The notes under the pieces are model-generated. The model did no database searches. It worked only from the letters and a program-made list of their open reading frames with translations, and was not told the DNA's origin. Below, piece after piece: positions 45,032 to 62,200 of a DNA stretch of 64,000 bases. The position numbers and the translations under genes are program-made. This stretch comes from the human T2T-CHM13v2.0 reference genome, Homo sapiens, in the NCBI RefSeq assembly GCF_009914755.1, contig NC_060944.1, one strand, 5' to 3'. Each line of letters opens with the position of its first letter. Positions within the stretch are counted from its first letter, which is position 1.

Positions 45032-45599
45032 TAAAGAAACAGAATTTTATTAATTTATCAGCTGAGTTAGCATTACAGTTGCTAACTCAGTAACTGAGTA
45101 AACATCACAATGGCTTACGAAGCATTTGCCATTGTTTGAGGTTGCAGTGAGGACAACATGAAATACCTGATGAAAAACCTTCACAAAACCTGGTCTCTTT
45201 CCAACAGCTTAGCTATGTGAGAATAGCTTTTATAACATGACAACTCTAAAAATAAAACCATTTTAAAGTTAAAGCTGTCCTTCCAGTTGCTGTTTCAAAC
45301 TTTATCCCAAGAACTGAGGTGTCGTTCAGTAAAAGGCAACTACAGCCTTCTCAGGAGTAAGGCTAAGTACTTGTTTTATGTTTTCTGGTGATGAAGTTAT
45401 TTCTTGTCTTTGAGTTTACAGTGACAGCTATAAAAGTGATTGTCAATAGTATTAGTATAATTTAATTTCTAATAGAATGTGTTTTCCATGTATGTTTTAG
45501 TCAGAGCTATGATTTTCTTAATAATACCAGAACTTGTTTTGTGCTCTGTGATGATGATATTAGTGATCTGTACTCTCAGCAGTATTTTACAGTACTTCA

Positions 45600-46240
<641 letters not shown>

Positions 46241-46263
46241 GAAGAGTGCATAGTATTCCTTTA

Positions 46264-46286
46264 TGTGTGTGTGTGTATGTATGTGT

Positions 46287-46334
<48 letters not shown>
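46264..46334. repeat. (TG)n(TA)n compound microsatellite within an L1M fragment
   Basis: Seen directly. Confidence 0.95.
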
Positions 46335-46337
<3 letters not shown>

Positions 46338-46560
46338 ATTTTCTTTATCCTTTCTTCCTATGCTGGCCTCCAAGGTTGCTTTCATATCTTAGCTATTATG
46401 GATAATGCTGCAGTGAATATGGTAGTGCAGTTATCTCTTCAGTATGCTGATTTCAATTCCTTTAGCTATACACACATAGGTGGGATTGCTGGAACATACA
46501 GTAATTCTATTTTTAATTTCTGATGAATCTCCATGTTATTTTCCTTAATGGCTCTATTAA

Positions 46561-47522
<962 letters not shown>

Positions 47523-47959
47523 TCACTGCCCCACCAACTTTTTCACATAGAATGATTAAGGATTCCAGAGCCCATGCTACCTCTAGGGGCTCCTACCCCT
47601 CCCACACTACACATATATCTTGACAGGGCTAGTTACAGAGAAGAAAAGGCCCAGTAAATTAATATCACAATCATTGCCACATACCCACCAAAAACTCAAA
47701 TTAAAATTTTGACAAAATTAAGTATCAAGAAGAATGCGAAGATTTGGGAATTATCAGACATTGTAAGACTGTCAGTTGGTGTGTTAACATTGGGATGAAA
47801 CCAATAATAGCTAATAAAATGGAAGATATGTTTACGCTGTAACCTATGGTTTCACCTCTTGTTTTATACTGTTCACTATACACACTATACACACCAATGG
47901 TAACCAAATATAAATACACAAATGTTCACAACAGCATCATTTGTAACTGACAAAAATGA

Positions 47960-48912
<953 letters not shown>

Positions 48913-49080
48913 GTACTGTTTTAATAGAATGCAGAAACAATGCTAAGTGTGAATATTAAATACTTAATATTGGGTAAAAGGAGCCAGAGGCAGCAGGATA
49001 CAGACTTTTACTCCAATTATGTAAGAGAAAAATCAGGCAAAACCAGACTTGACTTTAGGCTTCTAAAAAATGCATAATAA

Positions 49081-50392
49081 GGCCAGGCACTGAGGTCAGG
49101 AGTTCGAGACCAGCCTGACCAACATGTAAAACCCCGTCTCTACTAAAAATACAAAAATTAGCCAGGCATGATGGCAGATAGCCCATGCCTGTAATCCCAG
49201 CTATTAGGGAGGTTGAGGCATGAGAATCACTTGAATCCAGGAGTTGGAGGTTGCAATGAGTCAAGATCATGCCACTACACTCCAGCCTGGGTGACAGAGC
49301 AAGTCTCCATCTCTAAAAAAGAAAAAAAAAGAAAAAGAAAAGAAAGAAAAAAATACATAATAAAAAGAGAACCTAGGAGAGAAATGCAGATATCCACAGG
49401 TAATGTGGTTATCTGTTATATCTGTTACTAATAAGGGATGGAAGACTTTAGGATCATTTAGGGGCATACAGAGGACTTCTTGGTGGTGATAGTGCTCTAT
49501 TTCTTCACCTGGATAGGTATCACACAGATGTTTATTTAATAACTGATGGATCCATATGTTTGTTTGCATATTTCACAATAAGAATGAAATAGAGGAAAGG
49601 AAGGTGAATGGAAAGAGATTTCTCCATTCATCAAAATTTTAAAGTCATGTTTTTCCTCAGGTTCTTCTCCAAGTTCAGTCTGAAATGGTGAAAGCAGCCA
49701 AGTGCGGTGGCTCACGCCTATAATCTCAGCACTTTTGGGAGGTAACACAGTGAGACTCTGCCTAAAAAAAAAAAAAAAAAAAGAACAACAGAGTAGTTAT
49801 CAGGTAGAGAGGAAGGGAGGAAATAAAGACATGTGGGTCAGAGATACACAGTAGCAGATATGTAGGATGAACGATCCTATACATCTATATACAACATGAG
49901 GACTATAGGTAATAAAATTGTACTGTATATGGGATTCATGCTAAATAAGATTTTACCTTCCCTTGCCACACCAAAAAATGTGCGTATCTGTGATAGATAT
50001 GGTAATTTGCTTCACTATAGTAATGAATTTTTACTATCTATATGTATTCTATAACATCATATGTGAACCTTAAATATACACAATAAAATTTATTTTAAAG
50101 AGAAAAAAATGGCCAGGTGTGGTAGTTCATGCTGGTAATCCCAAAACTTTGGGAGGCTGAGGCGGGTGGATCACGAGGTCAGGAGTTTGAGATCAGCCTG
50201 TCCAACACGGTGAAACCCCGTCTCCACTAAAAACACACACAAAAAATTAGCCGGGTGTGGTGGCACACACTGTAATCTTAGCTACTCAGGTAGTTGAATT
50301 GCTTGAACATAGGAGGCAGATGTTGCAGTGAGATGAGATCTCACCATTGCACTCCAGCCTGGGTGACAGACCGAGACTCCACCTCAAAAAAG
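49081..50392 (+). mobile_element. Alu with deletion (49081-49350), deleted Alu (49696-49782), L1MA 3' end (49783-50100), Alu (50111-50392)
   Basis: Alu motifs; L1MA end aaccttaaatatacacaataaaattt. Confidence 0.88.
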
Positions 50393-50394
50393 AA

Positions 50395-50444
50395 TGTATA
50401 TATATATATATATATGTAGAGAGAGAGAGAGAGAGAGAGAGAGA
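50395..50444. repeat. (TA)n(GA)n microsatellite
   Basis: Seen directly. Confidence 0.95.
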
Positions 50445-51762
50445 AAATTTATGAAAGTATGCACAACAAAATTAAAATGTTGACTCTAAAGTGAGCTACT
50501 GAGTGACTGGGGTGCATGAGAGAAAAGGTTACTTAACATTTTTATACCTATTGAATTGTATCCTATGTATGCATTATAAATTTAAATGTGCAATAATGCA
50601 GATAACTGAAATGTGGGTATGCTTTGATTAGGACTTTGCATTTCCCATTTGCTCAAATTCCTTATGATTCTAGATGCATATGAATAGAAATACAAAATGT
50701 AAGGAGACACGGGACTTCTGATAGCCCTTTCTTCTTTCCACATTTTGTGTCTCTGGCTGTAGTTTGCCATATGAGTCCATATAGCTAATGAGCAAAATAT
50801 TTTTCAGATGGATACATGTGACCAAGCATTGCAAGTTAAAGATATTTCTGAATCTTGGACCTCTTATTTACAGTGAAGCCCCCTCATGCATAGTAAAGCA
50901 GAGAGGAATGTAAAAGGTTGCTGCATGGATAATCAATTTCTGGTGAGCAATAATTATAGGCAATGTAAAATGAGACAATTATTGCTTTTCATCATATCTT
51001 GAAAGAACTCTTACAGTCCATGATTTTGAAAAAAAAATCTGAGTTCACTCTTTTCTTTTCTATAAAAAAAGACATTATCCAGTAGAAGTTCAAGAGTAAA
51101 ATCTGAAGGCAGCTTATCTGACCTAGCCACATGGTCTTGCCACTTGTTAAATATAACTTTCTACACACTAACTTCTCCAGACCTCAGATCTTCAACTCTC
51201 TAAAATGGAAACCTAGTAGTATTTGCCTCTAGAACTGCAGCTGAACTGAGCATTTTAGGGAAGGAACAAACATACACACGATATATATATATATATAGTC
51301 AGATTATGAACCCAGTGTAGCCCAGAATGCAAAAATTTCTCAGTAACAGAGATCCCCAAGAGAAAAATGTGATTTAGCCTATCTCAGTGGCCTTTCATGT
51401 GGCAAATGAAAAGTTAAAGTCCATAATGAGAAATATATGGGCAGCCAGTGACACCATCCATTCAATGTAGACTCTCAACATCTCTGACAATCATTCCCTG
51501 TTGTACTCCAACCTGCTTATATATTGGGGTGATATCACCTTTTGATCATAACATACATAAACCTCAAGCTTCAGTAAGAAATATTTATGAACAATCAGAT
51601 ATTCTGTGTTTCCAGTCAAAACTCAGGTAGATCACATTTTATGTGACAGGAGAAGGCACAGTTGATGCCCAGTTAACTGTGAGATCATCTCTGCCTGCAG
51701 CTTCCTATCATCATAGCAAGCTCTTTCCCTGCAGTTCACCATCTGTATCTGCCCTTTGCTAT

Positions 51763-52710
51763 ATAGATAGCAAAAATAAGCATCTAAAAAGATGCTCAAC
51801 ACCATATGTCACTAGGGAATTCAAATTAAAACAATGATGAGATACCATTACACATCTATTAGACTGGCTCACATCCAAACACTGAGACTACCAAATGCTG
51901 ATGAGGATATGGAGCAACAGGAACTCTCATTGATTGCTGCTGGGAATGCAAAATTGTAAAGCCACTGTGGAAGGCAGTTTTGCAAATTCCTTCAAAACTA
52001 AACATACGCTTACCATATGATCTGGCAATTGTATTCCTTGGTATATGCTCAAATGACTTGAAAACTTATATCCACTCAAATTCTGTATATGAATGTTTAT
52101 AGCAGCTTATACGTAACCAACAAAGATTGGAAGTAACCAGGATATCGTACAATAAGGAAATGGATAAACTAATTGTGAAACATTCATACAATGGAATATT
52201 CTTCAGGAATAAAAATAAATGTACTACCAAGGCATGACAAGACTGGAGGAATCTTAAACATGTATTTCTAAGTGAAAGAAGCCAATGCAAAAAGCCACAT
52301 AGTGTAGAGTTCCAATTATATGGAATACTAAAAAAGACAAAACTAAGCAGATGGCATTATATAAAGTTCAGTGGTTGCCAGAGGCTTCAGCAGAGGGAAG
52401 GATGAATAGGTGGAACACAGAAGATTTTTAGGGCAGTGAAACTTTTCTGTGTGACCCTATAATGGTGGATATATTGCTTAAGCATCTGTCAAAGCCCATA
52501 AATGGTAGAACACAAAGAGTGAATCTTAATATAAGCCATGAACTTAATAATATCAATGTTGGCTCATCAAGCATAACAAATGTACCGCACTAACAAGATG
52601 ATAATAGAGGAAGTGTGTGTACTGTGGTGTGAGGCAGATATTAGAGCTCAATATGCCTTCTGCTCTATTTTTCTGTACACCTACAACTGTTCTAAAAATT
52701 AAGTCAATTA
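51763..52710 (+). mobile_element. L1MC1-like 3' end
   Basis: aaaagatgctcaaca...gagcaacaggaactctcatt...ttttagggcagtgaaact...aactgttctaaaaattaagtc. Confidence 0.88.
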
Positions 52711-52734
52711 TTTATTTGTTAATTATTATTTTTA

Positions 52735-53190
<456 letters not shown>

Positions 53191-53233
53191 TTTCTTAGAC
53201 CTCAGAAAAGATGCTCAACACCATAAGTCACTA

Positions 53234-56200
53234 GGAATATTCAGTATTCAAATAGAGGCTTCAGTGGGCTGCGAAATATCCCCTCCTGAACTCTATACAA
53301 AGCGTGTTTCCAACCGGCTGAATGAAAACAAAGGTTTACATCTGTGAGATGAATTCACACATCAGAAAGCATTTTCACCAAGAACTTTTCTAGTTTTATA
53401 GCAAGATGTTCATTTTTTCAATATTGGTCTCAATGGGCTCCAAAATGTCCCTTTGTACAGTCTACAAAAATTTTTGCCAAAGTACTGAATCAAAACAAAT
53501 GTTTAACACTGTGAGATGAATTTTCAAGTCACCAAACATTTTTACAGATAGTTTGTATCTACTTTTTAATCACAAAACTTAGAATTGTTCACTATAAGCC
53601 TCAAAGGGCTCTAAATTGTCCCCCTTAGCTTCTACTAAAAGAGAGTTTTGAACCTAGTGTGTAGAAACAAAAGTTTAAGTCTGTGAAATAAATCCCCACA
53701 TTGCAAAGCTATTTCACAGATAGCTTGCTTCTAGTTTTTATCATGAATTATTCAACTTTTCACTACAGGCCTCAATGGGCTCTGAAATGTCCCTTCATAC
53801 ATTCTACAAAAAGAGTGTTTCCAACTTAGCTGAATCAAAAGGAAGTTTAAACTGTATGAGATGAAACCGCAAATTGCAAAGCATTTTCACATATAGCTTC
53901 TATAGTTTCTATCATATAATATTCAGTTTTTCACTGTAGGCCTCCATGGGCTATGAAATGTCCCCTCATAGGTTCTACAGAAAGGTGTTTCCAACATGCT
54001 GAATGAAAACAAAGATTTAACTTTGTGAGATGAACCCACACATCACAAAACATTTTTATGGACGGATTTTCTCTAGTTTTTATTGCAGAATATTTGATTT
54101 CATGCTATAGGTCTCAATTTTCTCCAAAATTTCCCCTTGTAGATTCTACAAAAAGAATATTTCCAATCTGCTGAATCAAAACCGATGTTCAATTCTGTGA
54201 GATGATATGCAAAGCTTTTTCACAGATAGCCTGTTTCTAGTTTTTATTGTGGGATATTTGGTTTTTCACTATAAGCATCAGTGGGCTCTGAAATTGTCCC
54301 TTTGTAGATTCTACAAAAAGAGGGTTTCCAACCTGTTGAATCAAAATAAAGTTTTAACTTTGTGAGATGAACCCACACATCGCAAAGCATTTTCACCCAT
54401 AGCTTGTTTCTAATTTTTACCATGGGTTATTGGTTTTTCACTAAATGCCTCAGTGGACTAGGAATTGTTGCCTTGTAGATTGTACAACCAAAGAGTTTCC
54501 AACCTGCTGAAGCAAAACACAGGTTTAACTTTGTAAGGTGAATCTATACATTGCAAAGCATTTTTACAGATAGGTTGCTTTGAGTTTTTATCAAGAGATA
54601 TTTGATTTTTCACAGTATGCTTCAATGGGTTATGAAATCTCCCCTTGTAGATTCTACAAAAAAAGTTTCCAAACTGATGAATCAAAAGAAAAGTTCAACT
54701 TGTGAGATGAAATCACACATTACAAAGTATTTTCAGAAATAGCTTCTTTATAGTATTTCTCGCAGGATATTAGATTTTCCAATATTAGCCTCAACGAGCT
54801 CTGAAATGTCCCTTTGTAGATTGTACAAAATGAGTGTTTCCAACCTATGGAATAAAAAGGAAGGTTTAACTCTGTGAGATAAATCCACACATCACAAAGC
54901 ATCTTCACAGATGGCTTGTTTCTAATTTTTATTGTGGGATATTCGGTTTTTCACTAAAGGCCTCAAGCACTCCGAAATGTCCTTTTGTAGATTCTATAAC
55001 AAGAGTGTTTTAAAACTGCTGAATCAAAACAAACGTGTAACTCTTTGAGAGGAACCCACACATCACAAAGCTTATTTTCAGATCACTTGTTTCTAGTTTT
55101 TAAAGCATGATATTCGGTTTTTCACTATATGCCTCATCAGACTCAGAAATGTCTCATAGTAGATTTTACAAAAACAGTGTTTCCTACCTGCTGAATCAAA
55201 ACAACAGTTTAAATCTGTGAGATGACTCCAAACCTCGCAAAGCATTTTCACAGATAGTTTTTTCCTAGTTTTTTTCACAGGATATTTGGTTTTTCAGTAT
55301 AGGCCTCAATGAACTCTGAAATGTCCATTCATAGGTTCTATAAAAGTGTGTTCCCAACTCCCTGTATAATAGCAAAGGTTTAACTCTGTGAAATGAATCT
55401 ATACATTGGAAAACATTTTCACAAATAGCTTGTTCCTAGCTTTTATGATGAGACATTTGATTTTTTACTATTGGCCTCAATGGGTTCAGAAATGTCTCTT
55501 TGCAGATTCTACAAAAAAAAAAGTTTTTCATTTTTCTGAACAAAAATAAAGGTTTAACTCTTTGATATGAAATCAGACATCACAAAGAATTTTCACACAT
55601 AGCTTGTTTCTAGGGTTCATCACTGGATATTGTGTTTTTCATTATAGGCTTCAAAGGAGTCTTAATTGTAACTTCCTAATTCTACAAAAAGAGTGTCCCC
55701 CAACCTGCTGTATGTAAATAAAGGTTTACCTCTGTGAGATAAATCTTCACATTGCAAAGCATTTTCCCCGATAGCTTGTTTCTAGTTTTTATATCGGGAT
55801 ATTGATTTTTCACTATAGGCTTCAATGGGCTTTGAAAGATTCCTCTGTAGATTGTACAAAAAGAGTGTTTTAACCTGCTGAATCAAAACAACGTTTAACT
55901 TTTTGAGATACATCCACACATCACAAAGTATTTTCACGGATAGGTTTTTATTTTATTTTATTTTATTTTTTTTAGATGGAGTCTCACTCAGTCACCCAGG
56001 CTGGAGTGCAGTGGCACAATCTTGGCTTCCCGGGTTCATGCCATTCTCCTGCCTCAGCCTCCCAAGTAGCTGAGACTACAGGTGTCTGCCACCAGGCCAG
56101 GCTAATTTTTTGTGTTTTTAGTAGAGATGGGGTTTCACCATGTTAGCCAGGATGGTCTCGATCTCCTGACCTCGTGATCCACCCGCCTCAGCCTTTCAAA

Positions 56201-59200
56201 GTGCTGGGACTACAGGCATGAGCCACCATGCCTGGCCAATAGCTTTTTTTTACTTTTATTGTGGAATATTGGTTTTTCACTACAGGCTGATATTGGCTTC
56301 AAATTGTACCCTCACAGATTCTACAAACAGTGAATTTTCAAGCTTCTGAAGCAAAATAAAGGTTTAACCTTGTAAGATGAATCTGCACATTATTGCTGGA
56401 TATTCGGTTTTTCACCGTAGGCATCGATTTTCTCTGAAATGTCCTATTGAAGATTTTGCCAAAAGAGTGTTTCTACCCTGCTGAATCAAAAGAATGGTTT
56501 AATTCTGTGAGATGAAATCACCCATCGTAAATTATTTTCAGAGACATCTTCATATAGTTTTTACCTCAGAATATTCGGTTTTTCACTATAAGCCTCAATG
56601 GGCTTTGAAATGTCTCCCATAAATTGTACAAAAAAAAAAAGGAATTTCCAACCTGTTGAATCAAAACAAATATTTAATGTTGTGAGATAAATTCAAATAT
56701 CGCAAAGCATTTTCACAGATTTTTTTTCTACTTTTTATCACGGAATATTTGGTTTTTCACTATAGTCCTCAGTGGGCTCAGAAATGCCCCTTGTAGATTC
56801 TACAAAAAGAATGTTTCTAACCTGCTGAACCAAAACAATACTTTAACTCTTTGAGGTGAATCCACACATTGCAAACATTTTCACAGATAGCTTGTTTTTA
56901 GTTTTGATCACGTAATATTGGATGTTTTACAATAGGCCTCAACGGGCTCAGAATTGTCCCCTCTTAGATTCTACTAAAAGAGTGTTTCCAAAATGCTGTG
57001 TAAAAATAAAGGCTTAACACTGTGAGATGAATCGACACATGACAAAGCATTTTCACAAGTAGCTTGTTTTTACTTTTCATCGGGAGATATTCAGTTTTTC
57101 AATATATTCCTCCATGGGCTCTGAAATGTCCCTTCATAGATTCTATGAAAAGACTGTATCCAACTGATTGAATCAAGACAAAGATATAACTCTGTGCGAG
57201 AAATCCACACATCACAAAGCATTTTCACTGATAGCTTGTTTCTAGTTTTTATCACGGGATAATTGGTTTTTGACTATAGGCCTCAATGGGCTTCAAAATG
57301 TCCTTTCATAGATTCTACAAAAAGAGTGCTTCAGTCCTGCTCAATCAAAGCAAAGGTTTAATTCTCTGAAATGAATCCACATATCACAAATCATTTTCCA
57401 ATATAGCTTGTTGCTAGTTTTTGTAGTGGGATATTTAATTTTTTACTTTAGACCTCAATGGGCTCTGAAATGTGCCTTCTTAGATTCTACAAAGAGTGTT
57501 TCTCACCTGCTAAATCAAAACAATGGTTTAACTTTATGAGATAAGTCCACACGTCACAAAGCATTTTTACAAATAGCTTGTTTCTAATTTTTATCATGGG
57601 ATATTCAGTTTTTTCAGTGTAGGCCTCAATGGTCTGTGAAATGTCCCCTCGTAGATTCTACAAATAGAGTTGTTGCAATCTGATAAATCAAACATTTAAT
57701 TCTGTGAGATAAATCTATAAATCTACACATCTCAAAGCATTTTCCCAGATAGCTTGTTTCTGGTTTTTATCACGGGATATTTGGTTTTTCACTATAGACC
57801 TCAATAGGCTCTGAAATGTCCCCTCATAGAGTCTACAAAAAGAGTGATTTCAACCTGCTGAATAAAAACGAAGGTTTAACTCTGTGACATAAAATAACAA
57901 ATCATAAAATATTTTCACAGTTGGCTTGTTTCTAGTTTTTATCATGCAATACTCAGTTTTTCATGACAGGGCACAATGGGCTCCAAAATGTCCCTTTGTA
58001 CATTCTAAAAAAAGAGTGATTTTGGTCTGCTGAATAAAAACAAAGGTTTTATACTGTGAGGAATCCACACATAGGCAGGAATTTTCACAGATAGCTTGTT
58101 TCTAGTTTTCATCGCAGGATGTTCGGTTTTTTAATATACTTCTTGATGGACTCTGAAATATCCCTTCATAGACTCTACAAAGAGAGCATTTACAACCTGC
58201 TGAGTAAAAACAAAGGTTTAACCCTGTGAGATGAATCCAGACATCTCAAAGCATTCTCATATATAACTTGTTTCTAGTTTTTATCTTGAGATATAACGCT
58301 TTTAACTTTAGGCCTTAATGTTCTCTGAAATGTGCCATTTTAGTTTCTACAAAAAGAGTGTTTCAAACTGCTGAATTAAAACAAGGTTTAAGTCTGTGAT
58401 ATGAATTGACACATCACAAAGTATTTTCACAGATAGCTTTTTACTAGGTTTTGTCATGGGATTTTCAGTTTTTCACTAATGGCTTTCATGTACTCTGAAA
58501 TGTCCCTATGTAGATTTTACAAAAAGGGTGTTTCCAGCCTACTGAATCAAAACAAGGGTTTAAGTCTATGAGATATATCCATACATTGCAAAGCACTTTC
58601 GCAGATTGCTAGTTTCTAGCTTTTATCATGAGATACTTAGTTTTTCACTATAGACCTCAATAGGCTCCCAAATGGCTCTCATAGATTGTACAAAAAGAGG
58701 GTTTTCAAAGTGCTGAATCAAAAAAAGTTTTAACTCAGTGAGGTGAATCCACACATTGCAAAATATTTTCACAGATAGCTTGTTTTTGTTTGTTTGTTTG
58801 TTTGTTTTGTTTTTATCATGGGATATTTCATTTTTCACTATAGGACTCAATGGGCACCAAAATGTCTTCTCCTAGATCCTACAAACCGACTGTTTCCAAC
58901 TTGCTTAATCAAAACAAAGGTTTAACTCTGTGATATGAATACACACATCCCAAAGGATTTTCACAGATAGCTTGTTTCTTGTTTATATCTCCACGTATTT
59001 TGTTTTTCACTGTAGGTTTCAATGGGCTTTGAAATGTTTCTTCGTAGATTGTGCAAAAAGAGTTTTTCAAATCTGCCAAAGTAAAATAGATGTTTAACTC
59101 TTTGAGATGAATCCACATACTGCAAAGCATTTTCACAGGTAGCTTGTTTCTAGTTTTTATCATGGGATATTCGGTCTTTCACTGTAGTAGTCCTCAATGG

Positions 59201-62200
59201 ACTCTGAAATGGCCCTTAGTAGATTCTAGAAAAATAGTGTTTCCAACCTGCTGAATCAATATAAATGTTTAACTTTGTGAAAGGAATCCACACAATGCAA
59301 AGCATTTTCATAGATAGCTTGTTTGTAGTTTTTATTGCAGGATATTCAGTGTTTTAATGTACTTGTCCATGGGCTCTGAAATGTCCCTTCATATATTCTA
59401 TAAAAAAATAGTGTTTTCAACCTGCTGAAAAAATAACATACGTTTAACTCTGAGAGATGATTCCCCAAATCACAAGACCTTTTCACAGATAGCTTGTTTC
59501 TAGTTTTCACTGTGGGATATTTAACTTTTCACTATAGGTCTCAATGAGCTTTGTAATGTCCTTTTGTACAATCTGCAAAAAGAGGGTTTCCAGCCTGCTG
59601 AATCAAAGCAAAGGTTTAACTCTGTGAGATAGATCCACACATTGCAAAACATTTTCACAGATATCTTCTTTCTACTTTTCATCATAGGATACACCCTTTT
59701 TCCAAGTAATTCTCCAGGGGCTCCGTATTGTCTTTTCATAGATTCCACAAAAAGAATGTTTCCAAACAGCTAAATCAAAACAAAGGTTTAACTCTGTGAG
59801 TTAAATCTACGCATTGCAAAGCATTTTCACAGATAGCCTCTTTCTCATTTTTATGAAGGGATATTCAGTTTTTCACCATAGGCCTCAATGGGCACTAAAA
59901 TGTCTTCTCATAGATTCTAAAAACAGACTGCTTTCAACCTGCTTAATCAAAAGAAAGCTTTAACTCCATGATATGAATACACACATTGGAAAGCATTTTC
60001 ACAGATAGCTTGTTTGTAGTTTTTTTCTCCACATATTTTGCTTTTCACTATAGGCTTCACTGGGCTTTGAAGTATTTCTTTGTAGATTCTGCAAAAAGAG
60101 TTTTTCCAGCCTGCATATTTGAAACACCAGTTTAACTCTGTGGCATGAATCCACAATGGCAAAGCATTTTCACAGATAGGTTTTTTCTTGTTCTTTTTTT
60201 TTTTATTTCTGTGGGATATTTCATCTTTCACTGTAGATCTCAATGGGCTCTGAAATGGCCCTTCATGGATTCTACATAAAGAGTGTTTCCAACCTGCTGA
60301 ATCAAAACAAATATTTAACTCTGGAAGATGAATCCACACATCACAAAGCATTTTCAGATATAGACTTTTATTGTTTTTATTGTGAAATATTCTGCTTTTT
60401 ACTATAGGCATCAATGGGTGTGATATATCCCTTCATGTATTCTATAAAATAGTGTTTTCAACCTGCTGAATTTAAACCTGCAAAGGTTTAAATCTGTGAG
60501 ATGCACCCACACATTGCAAAGCATTTTCAAAGACAGTTTGTTTCTACTTTTATCGTGAGATATTTTGTATTTCACTATGGGCCTCAGTGGGCTTCAAACT
60601 GTCCCTTTGTAGATTCTACACAAAGAGTGTTTCCAATCTGCTTAATCAAAAAAATGATTAACTCTGTGAGATGAATCCACACATCACAAAGAATTTTTAC
60701 TGATAGCTTGTTTCTGGATGTTATTGTGGGATAATCGGTTTTTTAATCAACCTGCTGAATCACAAGAAAGATTTAGCTCTGTGAGATGAAATCACACATT
60801 GCATATAACTTTCAGACACAGCTTTTTTGTAGTTTTTTATCACAGGACATTAAGTTTTTCACTACAGGCTTCAGTGGGCTTTGAAATGTCCTTGTGTCGA
60901 TTGTACAAAGAGAGTGTATCCAACCTGCTGAAAGAAAACGATGTTTAATTCTTTGAGATGAATCCACACATCCCAAAGCATTTTTACAGACAGGTTGTTT
61001 CCATTTTTTATCATGAGATATTAGGGTTTTCACTATAGGTTTCAATGGGCTCTGAAATGTTTCTTCGTAGATTCTAGAAAAGGAGTGTTTCAATTCTGAT
61101 TGAATTGAGTGTTCTGATTCTTCTGAATCAGAAGAAAGTTTTAACTCTGTGAGTTGGATCCACACATTGCAAAACTTTTTCACAGATAGCTTGCTTCTAG
61201 TTTCTTTAATGGGATATTTGGTTTTCCACTATAGGCCTCAATGGGCTCTGAAATGTTTTTATGTAGAATCTACAAAAAGAGTGTTTCCAAACTGCTGAAT
61301 TAAAACAAAGGTTTAAATATGTGACATTATTTCACATATCACAAAGTATTTTCACAGATAACTTGTTTGTAGTTTTTATCGCGGGATATTCAGTTTCTCA
61401 CTGTAGGCCTCAGGGTTTGAAATGTCTTTCCTTAGATTTATGAAAAACGTATTTCTAGCCTGCTGAGTGATAACAAATGTTTAACTCTGTGAGATGAATC
61501 CAGACACTGCCAGTCGTTTTCACAGATAGCTGTTTTCTAGTTTTGTGTGTGTGGGATATTCGCTTTTTTACAATATGCTTCCAAGGTCTCAGAAATTCCC
61601 ATTCGTAGATTCTACAAAAAGAGTGTTTCCAAATTGCTGAATTAAAACAGAGGTTTAACTCTGTGAGATGAATCCAAACATTGCAAAGCATTTGGACAGA
61701 TATCTTCTTTCTCGTTTTAATCGCAGGATAATTGATTTTTCATTATGGGCCTCAAAGGTCTTTGAAAATGCTCTTCATAGATTCTACAATAAAAGTGTTT
61801 TCAACTTGTTGAATCAAAGGTTTAACTCTAGGAGATGAATCAACACATCACAAACTATTTTCACTGATAGGTTATTTCTAGTTTCTATCGCAGGATATTC
61901 AGTTTTTCACTATATGCCTCAAAGGGCTCTGAAATGTCCCTTCATAGATTCTACAAAAAGAGTGTTTCCAACATGCTAATTAAAAAAAAAGCTTAACTCT
62001 GTAAGAAGAATCCACACATCACAAAACACTTTCACTGATAGCTTGTTTTTAGTTTACTTCGTGGAATTTTTTTTTTTTTTTTTTTTTTTTTAACTATAGG
62101 CCCCAATGAGCTCTGACATTTTTTCTTTTTAGAGTCAACAAAAATAGTGTTTCCAACCTATGGAATCAAAAGAAAGGTTTAAATTTGTAAGATGAATCCA

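Noticed and set aside
45285-45360. Possible exon (ttccag...gtaagg), and a similar one at ~50874-50942
   Set aside because: Weak sites, no recognisable peptide, no support from sequence alone
54458-61691. Repeated similar peptides (MLCDVWIHLTELNLCFDSAG), or a CRISPR-like array
   Set aside because: Translations of 171-bp alphoid monomers; no repeat-spacer structure or cas genes
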